From: an uncultured Alphaproteobacteria bacterium | Lineage (GTDB): Bacteria > Pseudomonadota > Alphaproteobacteria > Acetobacterales > Acetobacteraceae | Assembly (NCBI GenBank): GCA_963708585.1 | Contig: CAVPSW010000004.1 | Coordinates: forward strand, 106,875-170,874 | Reading direction: 5' to 3' | Length of the DNA stretch: 64,000 nt | Part shown: piece by piece, positions 21,898 through 31,754 of the stretch | How the letters are laid out: every line of letters begins with the position of its first letter | How positions within the stretch are numbered: position 1 is the first letter of the stretch | Program-made: the position numbers and the translations under genes | The notes under the pieces: generated by a model | What the model was told of the DNA's origin: nothing | Database searches by the model: none | Seen by the model: only the letters and a program-made list of their open reading frames with translations

Positions 21898-22933
21898 TCA
21901 GGCCGCCCGGCTCCACTGCTGCTCCAGCTGCGCCGACAGGCGCGGATAGACCCGGCGAGCGTTGCCCTCGTAGATCTTCGGCGCGATCCTCGTCCGAAAG
22001 CCACGGCACCGCATCGATGTAGCGCTTGGTGTCATCGTAATAGTGGCCCGTCTCCGGGTCGACGCCGCGGACCGCGCCGATCACCTCGGAGGCGAACAGG
22101 ATGTTGTCGACCGGGATCACCTTGGCCAGCAGCTCCGTCCCCGGCAGGTGATACACGCAGGTGTCGAAGTAGACGTTCCCGAGCAGGTACTCCTTCAGCG
22201 GCGGCCGGCCCATGTCCTGGGCGAGCCCGCGATACCGGCCCCAGTGATAGGGCACCGCGCCGCCCCCGTGCGGGATGATGAACTTCAGCGTCGGGAAGTC
22301 GCGGAACAGGTCCGAGGTCAGGAACTGCATGAACGCGGTGGTGTCGCCGTTGATGTAGTGCGCCCCGGTGGCGTGGAAGTTGGGGTTGCAGGACGAGCTC
22401 ACATGCACCATCGCCGGCACGTCGAGCTCCACCATCTTCTCATAGAACGGATACCACCAGCGGTCCGTCATCGGCGGATCGGTCCAGTGGCCGCCGGATG
22501 GGTCGGGGTTGAGGTTGCAGCCGACGAACCCGAGCTCGTTCACGCAGCGCTCCAGCTCCTTGGAATGCAGTTCGCCGGCGGCACGCCCGGCGCCTGCGGC
22601 AGCTGGCAGACGCCGACGAAGTTGCGCGGGAACAGCGTGCAGACCCGGTGGATCAGCGTGTTGCACATCTCCGACCACGCGGCGTTCATCTCCGCCGTGC
22701 CGTCGTGATGCGCCATCCCCGACGCGCGCGGCGAGAAGATGGTCAGATCCGTCCCGCGCTCGTTCTGGACCTTGATCTGGCCCTTGAGCACGCTCTCGCG
22801 GATCGCGTCGTCGCTCAGCTTGGGCGGCGGGGGAACCTGGGCCTTGTCGCCCTTCGCGCGCGACCTGGGCCTTACGCCACGCCTCGTGCTCCGGCGGCGA
22901 GGTCGTGTAGTGGCCGTGGCAGTCGATGATCAT
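21898..22933 (-). CDS. Amidohydrolase-2 family hydratase/decarboxylase, LigJ (4-oxalomesaconate hydratase)-like (frame-broken)
   Basis: AAGGAGG RBS plus ATG at 22933, starting MIIDCHGHYTT. The middle part is in ORF 22540..22791 (NTLIHRVCTLFPRNFVGVCQLPQ). The C-terminal part reads ...PHGGGAVPYHWGRY...YFDTCVY...LFASE. The tail ...IYEGNARRVYPRL... stops at 21898. Confidence 0.7.
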
Positions 22934-22944
22934 GGCAGCCCTCC

Positions 22945-24261
22945 TTACTCGCCCGGCAGCGGCACCGGCGCCCGCCGCGGCCCGAGCCGCAACGACAGCG
23001 CGATCACGGCGGCGACGACCAGCGCCCCGGCGATGGTCAGCAACGCGGCGGCGAAGCTGCCCGTTTGAGCCTTGACCAAGCCGATCCCCCACGGCCCGAT
23101 CAGGCCACCGAACTGCGCCACCGTGTTGACGAAGGCGATCGAGCCCGCGGCGGCGACGCCGGTGAACAAGGAGGCGCTGATGCTCCAGAACAGCGGGTTG
23201 CCCGAGTTGATGCCGAGCCCGGTCACGCACAGCGCCAGGTAGGCGAGCGACGGCGTGGGCGCGACGGCGCTGAACGAGATCGCCACCGCCGCCAGCAAAT
23301 ACACGCCGGCCAGATGCCGCTTGCGGTCGCCGGTGCGGTCGGAGTTCCAGCTCACCAGCAGCGTGCCGATCACGCCGAGCAGCGGCGGCACGGCCGAGAG
23401 CAGGCCGATCTGGATGTCGGTCAGCGTGCCCAGCGACTTGATGATCAGCGGCAGCCAGATCAGCAGCCCGTAGACGCCGATCAGCGCGCAGCCGAACAGG
23501 ATGGCCAGCGCCCAGGCCCGCCCGTCCGCCGCACCGGCCCACCACCGGTGCTCCGTGCCCGCCGCCAGCACCGACCGCTCGCGCTCGAGCCGGTCTTCCA
23601 GCCACTGCCGCTGCTCCGGCGCGAGCCAGGCCGCGCGCGCCGGCCGCTCGGTCATCAGGAACAGGACGAGCACGCCGAGCACCATGGTCGGCACGCCCTC
23701 CAGGATGAACATCCACTGCCAGCCCTGCAGCCCGCCGACTCCGTTGCACCAGGTCATCAGCGCGGTCGACACCGGGCCGCCCACGACCGCCGCGACCTGC
23801 CCGGCGATGATGTATCCGCCCACCGCCCGCGCCCGGTAGGACGACGGGAACCAGTAGGTGACATACATGGCGAGCCCCGGCAGGAACCCCGCCTCCGCCA
23901 CGCCGAGCAGGAACCGCAGCGTGTAGAAGCTGCGCGGGCCGACCACGAACGCCATCAGCGCCGCGACCAGCCCCCAGCTCAGCAGGATCCGCGCGATCCA
24001 GACCCGGGCGCCGACCCGGTGCAGCATCAGGTTGCTGGGGATCTCCAGCACCATGTAGCCGAGGAAGAACAGGCTGGCGCCGAACCCGAACTCTCCCGAC
24101 GTCAGCCCGATGTCACTGTTCATCTGCAGCGCGGCGAAGCCGATGTTGATGCGGTCCAGGTAGTTGAAGAACATCGCGAAGAACATCAGCGGCACCAGCC
24201 GCCAATAGACCCGGCGCATCGTCTCGCGCTCGATGGCGGGCAGCTCGACCGCAGTCGGCAT
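22945..24261 (-). CDS. MFS transporter (anion/organic-acid permease type)
   Basis: Intact 438-aa ORF from the ATG at 24261. Twelve hydrophobic segments. ...FNYLDRINIGFAALQM... is typical of ACS-family MFS. Confidence 0.85.
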   Translation of the reverse strand: MPTAVELPAIERETMRRVYWRLVPLMFFAMFFNYLDRINIGFAALQMNSDIGLTSGEFGFGASLFFLGYMVLEIPSNLMLHRVGARVWIARILLSWGLVAALMAFVVGPRSFYTLRFLLGVAEAGFLPGLAMYVTYWFPSSYRARAVGGYIIAGQVAAVVGGPVSTALMTWCNGVGGLQGWQWMFILEGVPTMVLGVLVLFLMTERPARAAWLAPEQRQWLEDRLERERSVLAAGTEHRWWAGAADGRAWALAILFGCALIGVYGLLIWLPLIIKSLGTLTDIQIGLLSAVPPLLGVIGTLLVSWNSDRTGDRKRHLAGVYLLAAVAISFSAVAPTPSLAYLALCVTGLGINSGNPLFWSISASLFTGVAAAGSIAFVNTVAQFGGLIGPWGIGLVKAQTGSFAAALLTIAGALVVAAVIALSLRLGPRRAPVPLPGE

Positions 24262-24272
24262 GGCGCGCCGCC

Positions 24273-24929
24273 TCAGCTCGGCTCGGTCGGGCAGCCGAGC
24301 CGGCGCAGCGTCTCGTCCACCCAAGAGCGGTCCGGCGCCGTCCCGGCCCGCATCCCCGCCAGCGACTTCTCCTCGCCGGCGTGCTTGGCCTCCGTCGCCT
24401 TCGCGATCTCCTCCGCCCCCTCGATCGGGACCGCGAGGAACCCGTCGCCGTCGCCGATCACGAGGTCGCCCGGATGGATCACCATGCCGCCGATCGCGAT
24501 CGGCACGTTGATCTCGCCCGGCCCGTCCTTGTACGGGCCGCGATGCGTCACCCCGGCGGCATAGACCGGGAAGCTCGAGGCCCGCAGCGCCGAGCTGTCG
24601 CGGATCGCGCCGTTGATCACGATGCCGCCGAGTTTCCGCAGCTCGGCATAGGTGGTCATGATCTCGCCGATGATGGCATTGGTCAGGTCGCCGCCGGCGT
24701 CGACCACGACGATGTCGCCGGGCTCGGCGATGTCGAGCGCCTTGTGGACCATGAGGTTGTCGCCGGGCCGGGTGAGGACGGTGAAGGCCGGGCCGGCCAT
24801 GACCGCGCCGTTGTGCATCGGCCGCAGCGTCGGCCCGCCCGCGAACATGCGGCTCATATTGTCGCTGACATTGGCGACCGGCAGCTTGCGGAAGCGCTCG
24901 ATCAGCTCCGGCGAGCATTGCGCGGGCAC
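24273..24929 (-). CDS. RraA-fold protein, LigK/GalC (4-carboxy-4-hydroxy-2-oxoadipate aldolase)-like
   Basis: Intact 218-aa ORF. Reads ...LPVANVSDNMSR...PGDIVVVDAGGDLTNAIIGEIMTTYA...GIVINGAIRD... Confidence 0.7.
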   Translation of the reverse strand: MPAQCSPELIERFRKLPVANVSDNMSRMFAGGPTLRPMHNGAVMAGPAFTVLTRPGDNLMVHKALDIAEPGDIVVVDAGGDLTNAIIGEIMTTYAELRKLGGIVINGAIRDSSALRASSFPVYAAGVTHRGPYKDGPGEINVPIAIGGMVIHPGDLVIGDGDGFLAVPIEGAEEIAKATEAKHAGEEKSLAGMRAGTAPDRSWVDETLRRLGCPTEPS

Positions 24930-25024
24930 GACGGTGAATTCCGAACCCGACGGCCATCCCGCCCTCCCTCATTGTTCTCGTCGAGCGCCGAAGCTAGCCG
25001 AACGACGCGATCGAGGCAAGGGGC

Positions 25025-25786
25025 TCAGCGTCGTCCGAACGGGTCCGGTTCATAGTGCACGCCGAGGAAGGTCAGCCCGTCCGGCGGCGCGGTCGGCCCG
25101 GCGGCACGCCGGTCGCGTGCCTCCAGCGCCGCCGCCACGCGCGCCGGCGCCCACCGGCCCTCGCCGACCAGCTTCAGCGTTCCGACCATGTTGCGCACCT
25201 GGTGGTGGAGGAAGCTGCGCGCCTCCGCCTCGACCAGCACGAGGTCGCCCTCGCGCCATACGTCCAGCCGGTCCAGCGTGCGCAGCGGCGACTTCGCCTG
25301 GCACGCGGCCGCGCGGAACGAGGAGAAGTCGTGCCGCCCGAGCAGCAGGGCGGCCGCCTCCTGCATCTTCTGCGCCGCGAGCGGAAGCGGCACGTGCCAG
25401 ACCCGGCGATCGAGGCCCGGCCGGGCGCGGCGGTTGAGGATCGCATACCGATAGCGGCGAGCGCGGGCGGAGAAGCGCGGGTTCCAATCGGCCGACGCCT
25501 CGGCCGCCTGCAGCACCACCAGCGGGTGCGGTTTGAGGTGGAAGTTGAGCGCGTCCCGCACCGTCTCCGCCGCGAACCCGTCGGGCAGCTCCAACATGGC
25601 GACCTGCCCGGCGGCGTGCACCCCGGCGTCGGTCCGCCCCGCCACCGTGCTGCCGACCGGCGCCCCACCGCACAGCCGCGACGCCGCCGTTTCCAGCAGC
25701 GCCTGCAGCGAGACCCCGTTCTCCTGCCGCTGCCAGCCGACATAGCCGGCGCCGTCATACTCGAGCAGGAGCGCCCAGCGCGTCAC
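25025..25786 (-). CDS. truA: tRNA pseudouridine(38-40) synthase
   Basis: GTG at 25786 overlaps the fmt stop (GTGA). Catalytic motif GRTDAGVHA. Intact 253 aa. Confidence 0.9.
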   Translation of the reverse strand: MTRWALLLEYDGAGYVGWQRQENGVSLQALLETAASRLCGGAPVGSTVAGRTDAGVHAAGQVAMLELPDGFAAETVRDALNFHLKPHPLVVLQAAEASADWNPRFSARARRYRYAILNRRARPGLDRRVWHVPLPLAAQKMQEAAALLLGRHDFSSFRAAACQAKSPLRTLDRLDVWREGDLVLVEAEARSFLHHQVRNMVGTLKLVGEGRWAPARVAAALEARDRRAAGPTAPPDGLTFLGVHYEPDPFGRR

Positions 25787-26685
25787 CCTAGCTTCGTGCC
25801 GGGCGGCACGGGCAGGCCGCGCAGCATCGCTTCCGCCGCCATCGGTCCGCGACCCGGCCGCTGCACCCGGAGCAGCCGCAGCGCCCCCTCGCCGCACGCG
25901 ATCAGCAGCCGGTCGTCCAGCGCCGTCCCCGGCTCGCCGCCACCTTGCTCCGGCCGCGCGGCGAGCACCTTCAGCGTCTCGCCGCCGAGCGAGGTCCAGG
26001 CGCCGGGCCAAGGCACCAGGCCGCGCACACGCCGGTCGAGCGCCGTGGCCGGCCGGGTCCAGTCGAGCTGGCCGTCGGCGCGGCTGAGCTTTGGCGCGTA
26101 GGTGACGCCCTCCTCGGGCTGCGGCACCGGCACCGAGTTCTCCGCCAGCGCGCGCAGGATCAGCCGGGCGCCGAGTTCGGCGAGTTCGTCGTGCAGCGTC
26201 GCCGCGGTCGTCTCCGGCCCGATCGGCACGCGTTCCCAAATCAGCATCGGCCCGGTGTCGAGCCCGGCCTCCATCTGCATGATCGTGACGCCAGTCTCGG
26301 TGTCGCCGGCCAGCACCGCGGCCTGGATCGGCCCGGCACCGCGCCAACGCGGCAAGAGGCTGGCGTGGATGTTGAGGCAGCCCCGACGCGGCGCATCGAG
26401 CATCGCCTGCGGCAGGATCAGCCCGTAGGCCGCGACCACCGCCGCATCCAGCTCGAGCGCCGCGAACGCGGCCTGGGCCTCTGCGTCGCCACGCAACCGG
26501 GCCGGCGTGCGGACCGGGATCCCGAGCCGCTCGGCCTCGGCGTGGACGGGGCAGGGGGTCAGCGCGTGGCCACGGCCCGCGGGGCGGGGCGGCTGGCAGT
26601 AGACCGCGGCGAGCTCGTGCTCGGCGTGGAGCGCGCGCAGGGCGGGCAGCGCGAATGCCGGGCTGCCCATGAAGGCCAGCCTCAC
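25783..26685 (-). CDS. fmt: Methionyl-tRNA formyltransferase
   Basis: Intact [17 protein letters not shown]..., [15 protein letters not shown]. Confidence 0.95.
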   Translation of the reverse strand: MRLAFMGSPAFALPALRALHAEHELAAVYCQPPRPAGRGHALTPCPVHAEAERLGIPVRTPARLRGDAEAQAAFAALELDAAVVAAYGLILPQAMLDAPRRGCLNIHASLLPRWRGAGPIQAAVLAGDTETGVTIMQMEAGLDTGPMLIWERVPIGPETTAATLHDELAELGARLILRALAENSVPVPQPEEGVTYAPKLSRADGQLDWTRPATALDRRVRGLVPWPGAWTSLGGETLKVLAARPEQGGGEPGTALDDRLLIACGEGALRLLRVQRPGRGPMAAEAMLRGLPVPPGTKLG

Positions 26686-27209
26686 GCTTGCGACTTCTGC
26701 CGCTGCTCCTTGGCGAGCCGGCGCATGATCATGTTGCGCTTTAGCGCCGACAGGTGGTCCACGAACAGCACGCCGTCGAGATGGTCGATCTCGTGCTGGA
26801 GGCAGGCGGCGAGCAGCCCGTCCGCCTCGATCTCCTGCTTGGCGCCCTCCAGGTCGAAATACCGCACCTTGACCCGCGCCGGCCGCGACACATCCGCATA
26901 TTGGCCCGGCAGGGAGAGGCAGCCCTCCTCGCGCGTCGCCAGCTCGTCGCTGACCGCGATCACCTGCGGGTTGATCAGGTGCATCGGCGCGGGCGTCTCG
27001 TCCGGCTGCAGGTCGATCACCGCGACGCGCAGCCCCTGGCCGATCTGCGGCGCGGCGAGCCCGATGCCGGGCGCGGCATACATCGTCGCCAGCATCTGCG
27101 GCACCAGCGCCCGGACAGTGTCAGCGTCGGCCGGGCCGACCGGGCGCGCCTTGGCTCGCAGGATCGGCTTGGGCGCGATCAGAATCTGGTAGGAGGTCGT
27201 TGGGAGCAT
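26682..27209 (-). CDS. def: Peptide deformylase
   Basis: ATG at 27209. Motifs [24 protein letters not shown]. The stop overlaps the fmt GTG. Confidence 0.95.
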   Translation of the reverse strand: MLPTTSYQILIAPKPILRAKARPVGPADADTVRALVPQMLATMYAAPGIGLAAPQIGQGLRVAVIDLQPDETPAPMHLINPQVIAVSDELATREEGCLSLPGQYADVSRPARVKVRYFDLEGAKQEIEADGLLAACLQHEIDHLDGVLFVDHLSALKRNMIMRRLAKEQRQKSQA

Positions 27210-27345
27210 CCATTGATCCCTGCGCATGTAGCTTGAGGGCAAACCCGGTTCAATCCGGGGCTTGCAACGGGTTGCTGCCGCGCCAAAATTGGGATCGACC
27301 GGGGTGCCGTTCGGGCCCTGGCCGCTTCGCTCTGAGGAGGGGGCC

Positions 27346-27798
27346 ATGACAACCCGAGTGTTCACGTCGCCGCTGTTCCTGGGATTCGACCATCTGGAGC
27401 AGGTTCTGGAGCGCGCGTCCAAGACTTCGTCCGACGGTTATCCGCCGTACAACATCGAGCAGACCGGGCCGAGCGGCCTGCGCATCACGCTGGCGGTCGC
27501 CGGGTTCACCATGAACGACCTGCAGATCACGCAGGAGGACAACCAGCTCGTGATCCGTGGGCGCCAGTCCGACGATGGCCAGGATCGCATCTATCTTCAC
27601 CGTGGGATCGCGGCGCGCCAATTCCAGCGCGCCTTCGTCCTGGCCGAGGGGATCGAGGTCAAAGGCGCCTGGCTCGACAACGGCCTGCTCCACATCGATC
27701 TCGCCCGGCCGCAGCCGGAGGTGCGCGTGCGCACCATCGAGATCGGCAAGTCCGGCGTCAGCGGCCCGGTCGTGGACAGCACGCCAGAGCGTGAATAG
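27346..27798 (+). CDS. ibpA: Hsp20/IbpA-family small heat-shock protein
   Basis: GAGGAGG RBS plus ATG at 27346. Alpha-crystallin core ...PPYNIEQTGPSGLRITLAVAGF...FQRAFVLAEGIEVKGAWLDNGLLHIDL. Confidence 0.9.
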   Translation: MTTRVFTSPLFLGFDHLEQVLERASKTSSDGYPPYNIEQTGPSGLRITLAVAGFTMNDLQITQEDNQLVIRGRQSDDGQDRIYLHRGIAARQFQRAFVLAEGIEVKGAWLDNGLLHIDLARPQPEVRVRTIEIGKSGVSGPVVDSTPERE

Positions 27799-27870
27799 CG
27801 GCGTCTGGCCGCCGCTCAACTTTGATCCCCGTTGCGACGTTGCTTTTCGAGGACGTCGAGGAGACGTGAC

Positions 27871-28135
27871 ATGAAGACCGAGACCGACATCACCGTCAGG
27901 ACGACGCGGCCAGGAGGACGGGGCGGAGACGTTCGACATCCGTAAGCTGACCCCGGAGCAGCTGGCTCAGCTCGGGATGCCGGACCTCGCCTACATCAAG
28001 AAAGTGCCGATGAACGGCACGATCGCGTTCGCGATCCACGCCGCGGACGGCTCGCCGATGGCGGTGGCCGCCGACTGCGACCTCGCCATCGCGGCGATCG
28101 TGCAGCACGAGATGTGCCCCGCCCTGGTCCACTAG
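27871..28135 (+). CDS. DUF1150 family protein (one extra base, so frame-broken)
   Basis: ATG at 27871 (MKTETDITV...). After a shift it reads ...ETFDIRKLTPEQLAQLGMPDLAYIKKVPMNGTIAFAIHAADGSPMAVAADCDLAIAAIVQHEMCPALVH*. The span is 265 nt, not a multiple of 3. The Hsp20-DUF1150 pairing is common in alphaproteobacteria (from memory). Confidence 0.6.
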
Positions 28136-28194
28136 GCGGGCACGCGGCCGGGTCGGCAGGCCGCCGCTCCGCGCAAGACGCGCCTCCTGACGAC

Positions 28195-29445
28195 ATGTTG
28201 AGCCCTGGCCGCAAGCGCCAGGGCGAGGTCTACACCGCCGGCCTTCTCGGTCGGCGGCCGGTCGTCCCGGTGTCGCCGGAGCTTCTGGAGCAGGCGGCCT
28301 TGCGCCGGCTGGCGGCGGACGCCGCGTCCTATTTCGCCGGCGGCGCCGGGCTGGAGCGCACGGCCGCCGCGAACCGGGCGGCATTCGACCGCTGCCGCAT
28401 TCTCCCGCGTGCCGTGCGCGATGTCTCGCGGCGGGATCTGTCGGTCGAGCTGTTCGGCCGCGTCCTGCCGCTCCCGATTCTGCTGGCCCCGATCGGCGTG
28501 CTGGACCTCGCGGGCCGGGATGCCGACCTCGCCGCCGCCCGTGCCGCCGCCGCGGCCGGCGTGCCGTTCATCACCTCGAACCAGTCATCCCGGCCGATGG
28601 AGCAGGTCGCTTCCGTCTCCGGCACCGGCCCGCGCTGGTTCCAGCTCTACCCGTCGCGAAGCGATGCGCTGACCGCGAGCTTCGTCGCCCGGGCCGAGCG
28701 AGCCGGCTACGAGGCGATCGTGATCACGGTCGACACCACCCTGCTCGGCTGGCGCGTCCGCGACCTCGACCGCGGCTACCTCCCGTTCCTGCGCGGCCGC
28801 GGCATCGCCAACTACGCCTCCGACCCGGTGTTCGCCGGCCTCGACGTGCCGGAGGCCGCGTTGCCGAAGCTGCCGCGCCCGGGGCCGGGCGCCCTGCGCT
28901 CCGCTCTCGAGCTGCTCCGCTCCCGCACCGCCCTCGCCGCCGTGCGGCGCTTTCTCGCCATCTATTCGCGCCCCGATCTGACCTGGGCCGACCTCGCCGC
29001 CATCCGCCGCCAGACCCGGCTGCCGCTCCTGCTCAAGGGGATCCTCCACGCGGAGGACGCCGCGCGCGCCGTCGCGGAAGGGATGGACGGCGTGATCGTC
29101 TCCAACCACGGCGGCCGCCAAGTCGACGGCGCCGTCGCCGCTCTCGACGCGCTGCCGGCCGTGGCCGACGCCGTGGCCGCCCGCGTGCCGGTGTTGTTCG
29201 ACAGCGGCGTGCGCACCGGCGCCGACGTCCTGAAGGCACTGGCGTTGGGCGCCCGGGCCGTTCTGCTCGGCCGGCCGTATATCTGGGGCCTGGCGCTGGC
29301 CGGCGAACGCGGCGTGGCCGAGGTGATCGGCAACATCGCCGCCGAGCTGGACCTCACCCTTGGCCTGTCTGGCCGCGCGAGCCTGCGCGAACTCGACCGT
29401 TCCTGCCTCGCCTTCGCCGGCCCCGGTCCGCTCGGCTCAGGCTGA
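28195..29445 (+). CDS. FMN-dependent alpha-hydroxy-acid oxidising enzyme (lactate monooxygenase/oxidase-like)
   Basis: Intact. ...WFQLY..., VITVDT, VSNHGGRQVDG, FDSGVRTGADVLKALALGA. The start choice (ATG at 28195) is approximate. Confidence 0.8.
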   Translation: MLSPGRKRQGEVYTAGLLGRRPVVPVSPELLEQAALRRLAADAASYFAGGAGLERTAAANRAAFDRCRILPRAVRDVSRRDLSVELFGRVLPLPILLAPIGVLDLAGRDADLAAARAAAAAGVPFITSNQSSRPMEQVASVSGTGPRWFQLYPSRSDALTASFVARAERAGYEAIVITVDTTLLGWRVRDLDRGYLPFLRGRGIANYASDPVFAGLDVPEAALPKLPRPGPGALRSALELLRSRTALAAVRRFLAIYSRPDLTWADLAAIRRQTRLPLLLKGILHAEDAARAVAEGMDGVIVSNHGGRQVDGAVAALDALPAVADAVAARVPVLFDSGVRTGADVLKALALGARAVLLGRPYIWGLALAGERGVAEVIGNIAAELDLTLGLSGRASLRELDRSCLAFAGPGPLGSG

Positions 29446-29448
29446 GCG

Positions 29449-29703
29449 CTACTTCGAGAGGCTCGGCGTTCCCACGCCGTTCACTTGGTTCGAGCTGGTC
29501 GCCCCGCCGGCGGTCGTGCTGCCGGTCGGGATCCCGCTGAACGGTGCGTCGTGGTCCGGCCCGGTCGAGCGACCAGCACGGTCCGCGGGCATGACGTTCT
29601 GCGCTGGGCCCGTGCTCGGCACCGGCGCGGGCGTCCAGCCTTCCTGGGCCGCGAGCGCGGAGGCGGCCATCAGGAGCGTGACGGCAAAGGCGATCGTTCG
29701 CAT
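29449..29703 (-). CDS. Small secreted hypothetical protein (84 aa)
   Basis: MRTIAFAVTLLMAASALAAQ signal peptide, then a Gly/Pro/Thr-rich mature part. Divergent from fliL. Confidence 0.4.
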   Translation of the reverse strand: MRTIAFAVTLLMAASALAAQEGWTPAPVPSTGPAQNVMPADRAGRSTGPDHDAPFSGIPTGSTTAGGATSSNQVNGVGTPSLSK

Positions 29704-29777
29704 GCGACCGCAACGTGGTTCAGCCGTAACCGGTTCCACGCCCGCATCGACAGCCCGCGGCCCTGTCTCGCCGCGCT

Positions 29778-29793
29778 TTAGCCTTCCGTTAAC
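29778..29793 (+). promoter_or_regulatory. Near-consensus CtrA-type box TTAG-N7-TTAAC upstream of fliL
   Basis: ttag ccttccg ttaac, read directly. It has one mismatch to TTAA-N7-TTAAC and ends 40 nt upstream of the fliL ATG (29833). Confidence 0.35.
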
Positions 29794-29832
29794 CTGTTCA
29801 TGCGAAAGCTCGGCCCTGTCAGGGGGCACAAA

Positions 29833-30327
29833 ATGAGCACGACGACGGCGGACGCTCCGGAAGCAAATGAGCCAAAGAAAAAGGGCGGCAAACGCAAGCT
29901 GTTCCTGATTCTGGGCCTCGTGGTCGTGCTGGGCGGAGCTGCGGCCGGCTGGTTCACCGGGCTGGTGCCGAAGCTGATCGGGGGCGGGCACGCGGCCGAG
30001 ACCGCGTCGGCGGCGGCGGCTGCACCCGTGTTCCTCGACCTGCCGGAGATCATCGCCAACCTCAACGCGGGTGCGCGCCGGGCCTCGTTCATCAAGCTTC
30101 AAGCCAAGCTCGAACTCGCCCGCAAGGAGGACATCCCGATCGTGCAGAACGAGATGCCCCGCGTGCTGGACCTGTTCCAGGGCTACCTGCGCGAGATGCG
30201 GCCGGAGGAGCTGCGCGGCACCGCCGGCACCTACCGCCTGCGGGAAGAACTCGTCGCCCGGACCAACATCGCCGCCGCACCGGCCAAGGTGCTGGACGTC
30301 CTGTTCGTCGAGTTGCTGGTCCAATGA
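29833..30327 (+). CDS. fliL: Flagellar basal-body-associated protein FliL
   Basis: MSTTTAD..., KK-rich segment, single TM (LFLILGLVVVLGGAAAGWF), then ...FLDLPEIIANL...ASFIKLQAKLEL... The stop overlaps the fliM ATG (ATGA). Confidence 0.85.
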   Translation: MSTTTADAPEANEPKKKGGKRKLFLILGLVVVLGGAAAGWFTGLVPKLIGGGHAAETASAAAAAPVFLDLPEIIANLNAGARRASFIKLQAKLELARKEDIPIVQNEMPRVLDLFQGYLREMRPEELRGTAGTYRLREELVARTNIAAAPAKVLDVLFVELLVQ

Positions 30328-31307
30328 GCGAAACCGACCGCATCCTCGACCAGGCGGAGATCGACAGCCTCCTCGGCCTGACCAGCGGCCCGGCTGCCGA
30401 TGAGATCCAGGGCGTCCAGCGCATCATCAGCTCCGGCCTGGTCTCGTTCGAGCGTCTGCCAATGCTCGAGATCGTGTTCGACCGGCTGGTCCGCATCATG
30501 TCGACCACGCTGCGCAACTTCACCAGCGACAACGTCGAGGTCGGGATCGACAACATCGTCTCGTTCCGCTTCGGCGACTACCTGAACAGCATCCCGCTGC
30601 CCGCCATGCTGGCCGTGTTCAAGGTCGAGGAGTGGGACAATTACGGACTGATGGTGATCGATTCCGCGCTCATCTACTCGATCGTCGACGTTCTGCTCGG
30701 CGGCCGGCGCGGCACGGCGGCGATGCGCATCGAGGGCCGGCCCTACACCACCATCGAGCGCCGGCTGGTCGAGCGGCTGATCGAGCTCGTGCTGAAGGAT
30801 CTCGCCGCCAGCTTCGACCCGATCTGCCGCGTGACGCTCAACTTCGAGCGGCTGGAGGTGAACCCTCGTTTCGCCGCCATCTCCCGGCAGTCGAACGCCG
30901 CCATCGTCGCCCGCCTGCGCGTGGACATGGAGGACCGCGGCGGGCGGCTCGAGCTCCTGCTGCCCTACGCCACGCTCGAGCCGGTCCGAGAGATGCTGCT
31001 CCAGCAGTTCATGGGCGAGCGCTTCGGCCGCGACAGCATCTGGGAGGCCCACCTCGCCGAGCAGCTTTGGCAGACGGAGATCGAGCTCGACGTGGTGCTG
31101 GATGAGCAGGTCATGTCGCTTGCGGACGTGATGGAGCTGCGGATCGGTAGCCAGATCGTGCTCGGGAACGGTCCCGGCGGCTCCGTCGCGCTGCGCTGCG
31201 GCGGCGTGCCGATGTTTGCCGGCCGGGTCGGCCGTCGCAAGGACCAGGTCGCCGTTCGGATCGAGGAAGTTCTGGGCCGCATGCAGGCCGCCGAGATGGG
31301 CAAGTAG
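30324..31307 (+). CDS. fliM: Flagellar motor switch protein FliM
   Basis: Intact 327 aa. N-terminal ILDQAEIDSLLG (CheY-P binding-type motif), then the middle and C-terminal SpoA-like domains. Confidence 0.95.
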   Translation: MSETDRILDQAEIDSLLGLTSGPAADEIQGVQRIISSGLVSFERLPMLEIVFDRLVRIMSTTLRNFTSDNVEVGIDNIVSFRFGDYLNSIPLPAMLAVFKVEEWDNYGLMVIDSALIYSIVDVLLGGRRGTAAMRIEGRPYTTIERRLVERLIELVLKDLAASFDPICRVTLNFERLEVNPRFAAISRQSNAAIVARLRVDMEDRGGRLELLLPYATLEPVREMLLQQFMGERFGRDSIWEAHLAEQLWQTEIELDVVLDEQVMSLADVMELRIGSQIVLGNGPGGSVALRCGGVPMFAGRVGRRKDQVAVRIEEVLGRMQAAEMGK

Positions 31308-31316
31308 GGCGGGACC

Positions 31317-31754
31317 ATGGGCAATCTCGACATCCTGTTGGAGCTGGTGCTGGTCGGGCTGCTCGGCGTCACGCTGGTGCACGCCATCCGCCTCGAACGC
31401 GCTCTGCGCGCCCTTCGCCAGGACCGCGCCGCGCTGGGCGACGCGATCGCGGGCTTCGATAGCAGCGCCAAGCAGGCCGAGGCGGGGATCGGCCGCTTGC
31501 AGGTGGCCACGGCGGAGTCGACGGAGCTGCTCGGCCGCCGGCTCGACCAGGGCGCGGCGCTGAAGGAGGACCTGAACTTCCTGATCGAGCGCGGCGAGGC
31601 AGTGGCCGACCGGCTGGACGCGCTTGTCCGCTCCGGCCGGGCCGTCGCGACCAGCGCCCCTGCGTCGACGCCCGCTCCGGCGCCCGAGGCCCCGCCCAAG
31701 GTGCGCAGCCAAGCCGAGCGCGACCTGCTTTTGGCCCTGAGGGGAGTGCAATGA
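31317..31754 (+). CDS. DUF6468 domain protein (flagellar-locus associated, N-terminal TM plus coiled coil)
   Basis: Intact. MGNLDILLELVLVGLLGVTLVHAIRLERALRALR... The stop overlaps the motE ATG. Confidence 0.6.
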   Translation: MGNLDILLELVLVGLLGVTLVHAIRLERALRALRQDRAALGDAIAGFDSSAKQAEAGIGRLQVATAESTELLGRRLDQGAALKEDLNFLIERGEAVADRLDALVRSGRAVATSAPASTPAPAPEAPPKVRSQAERDLLLALRGVQ

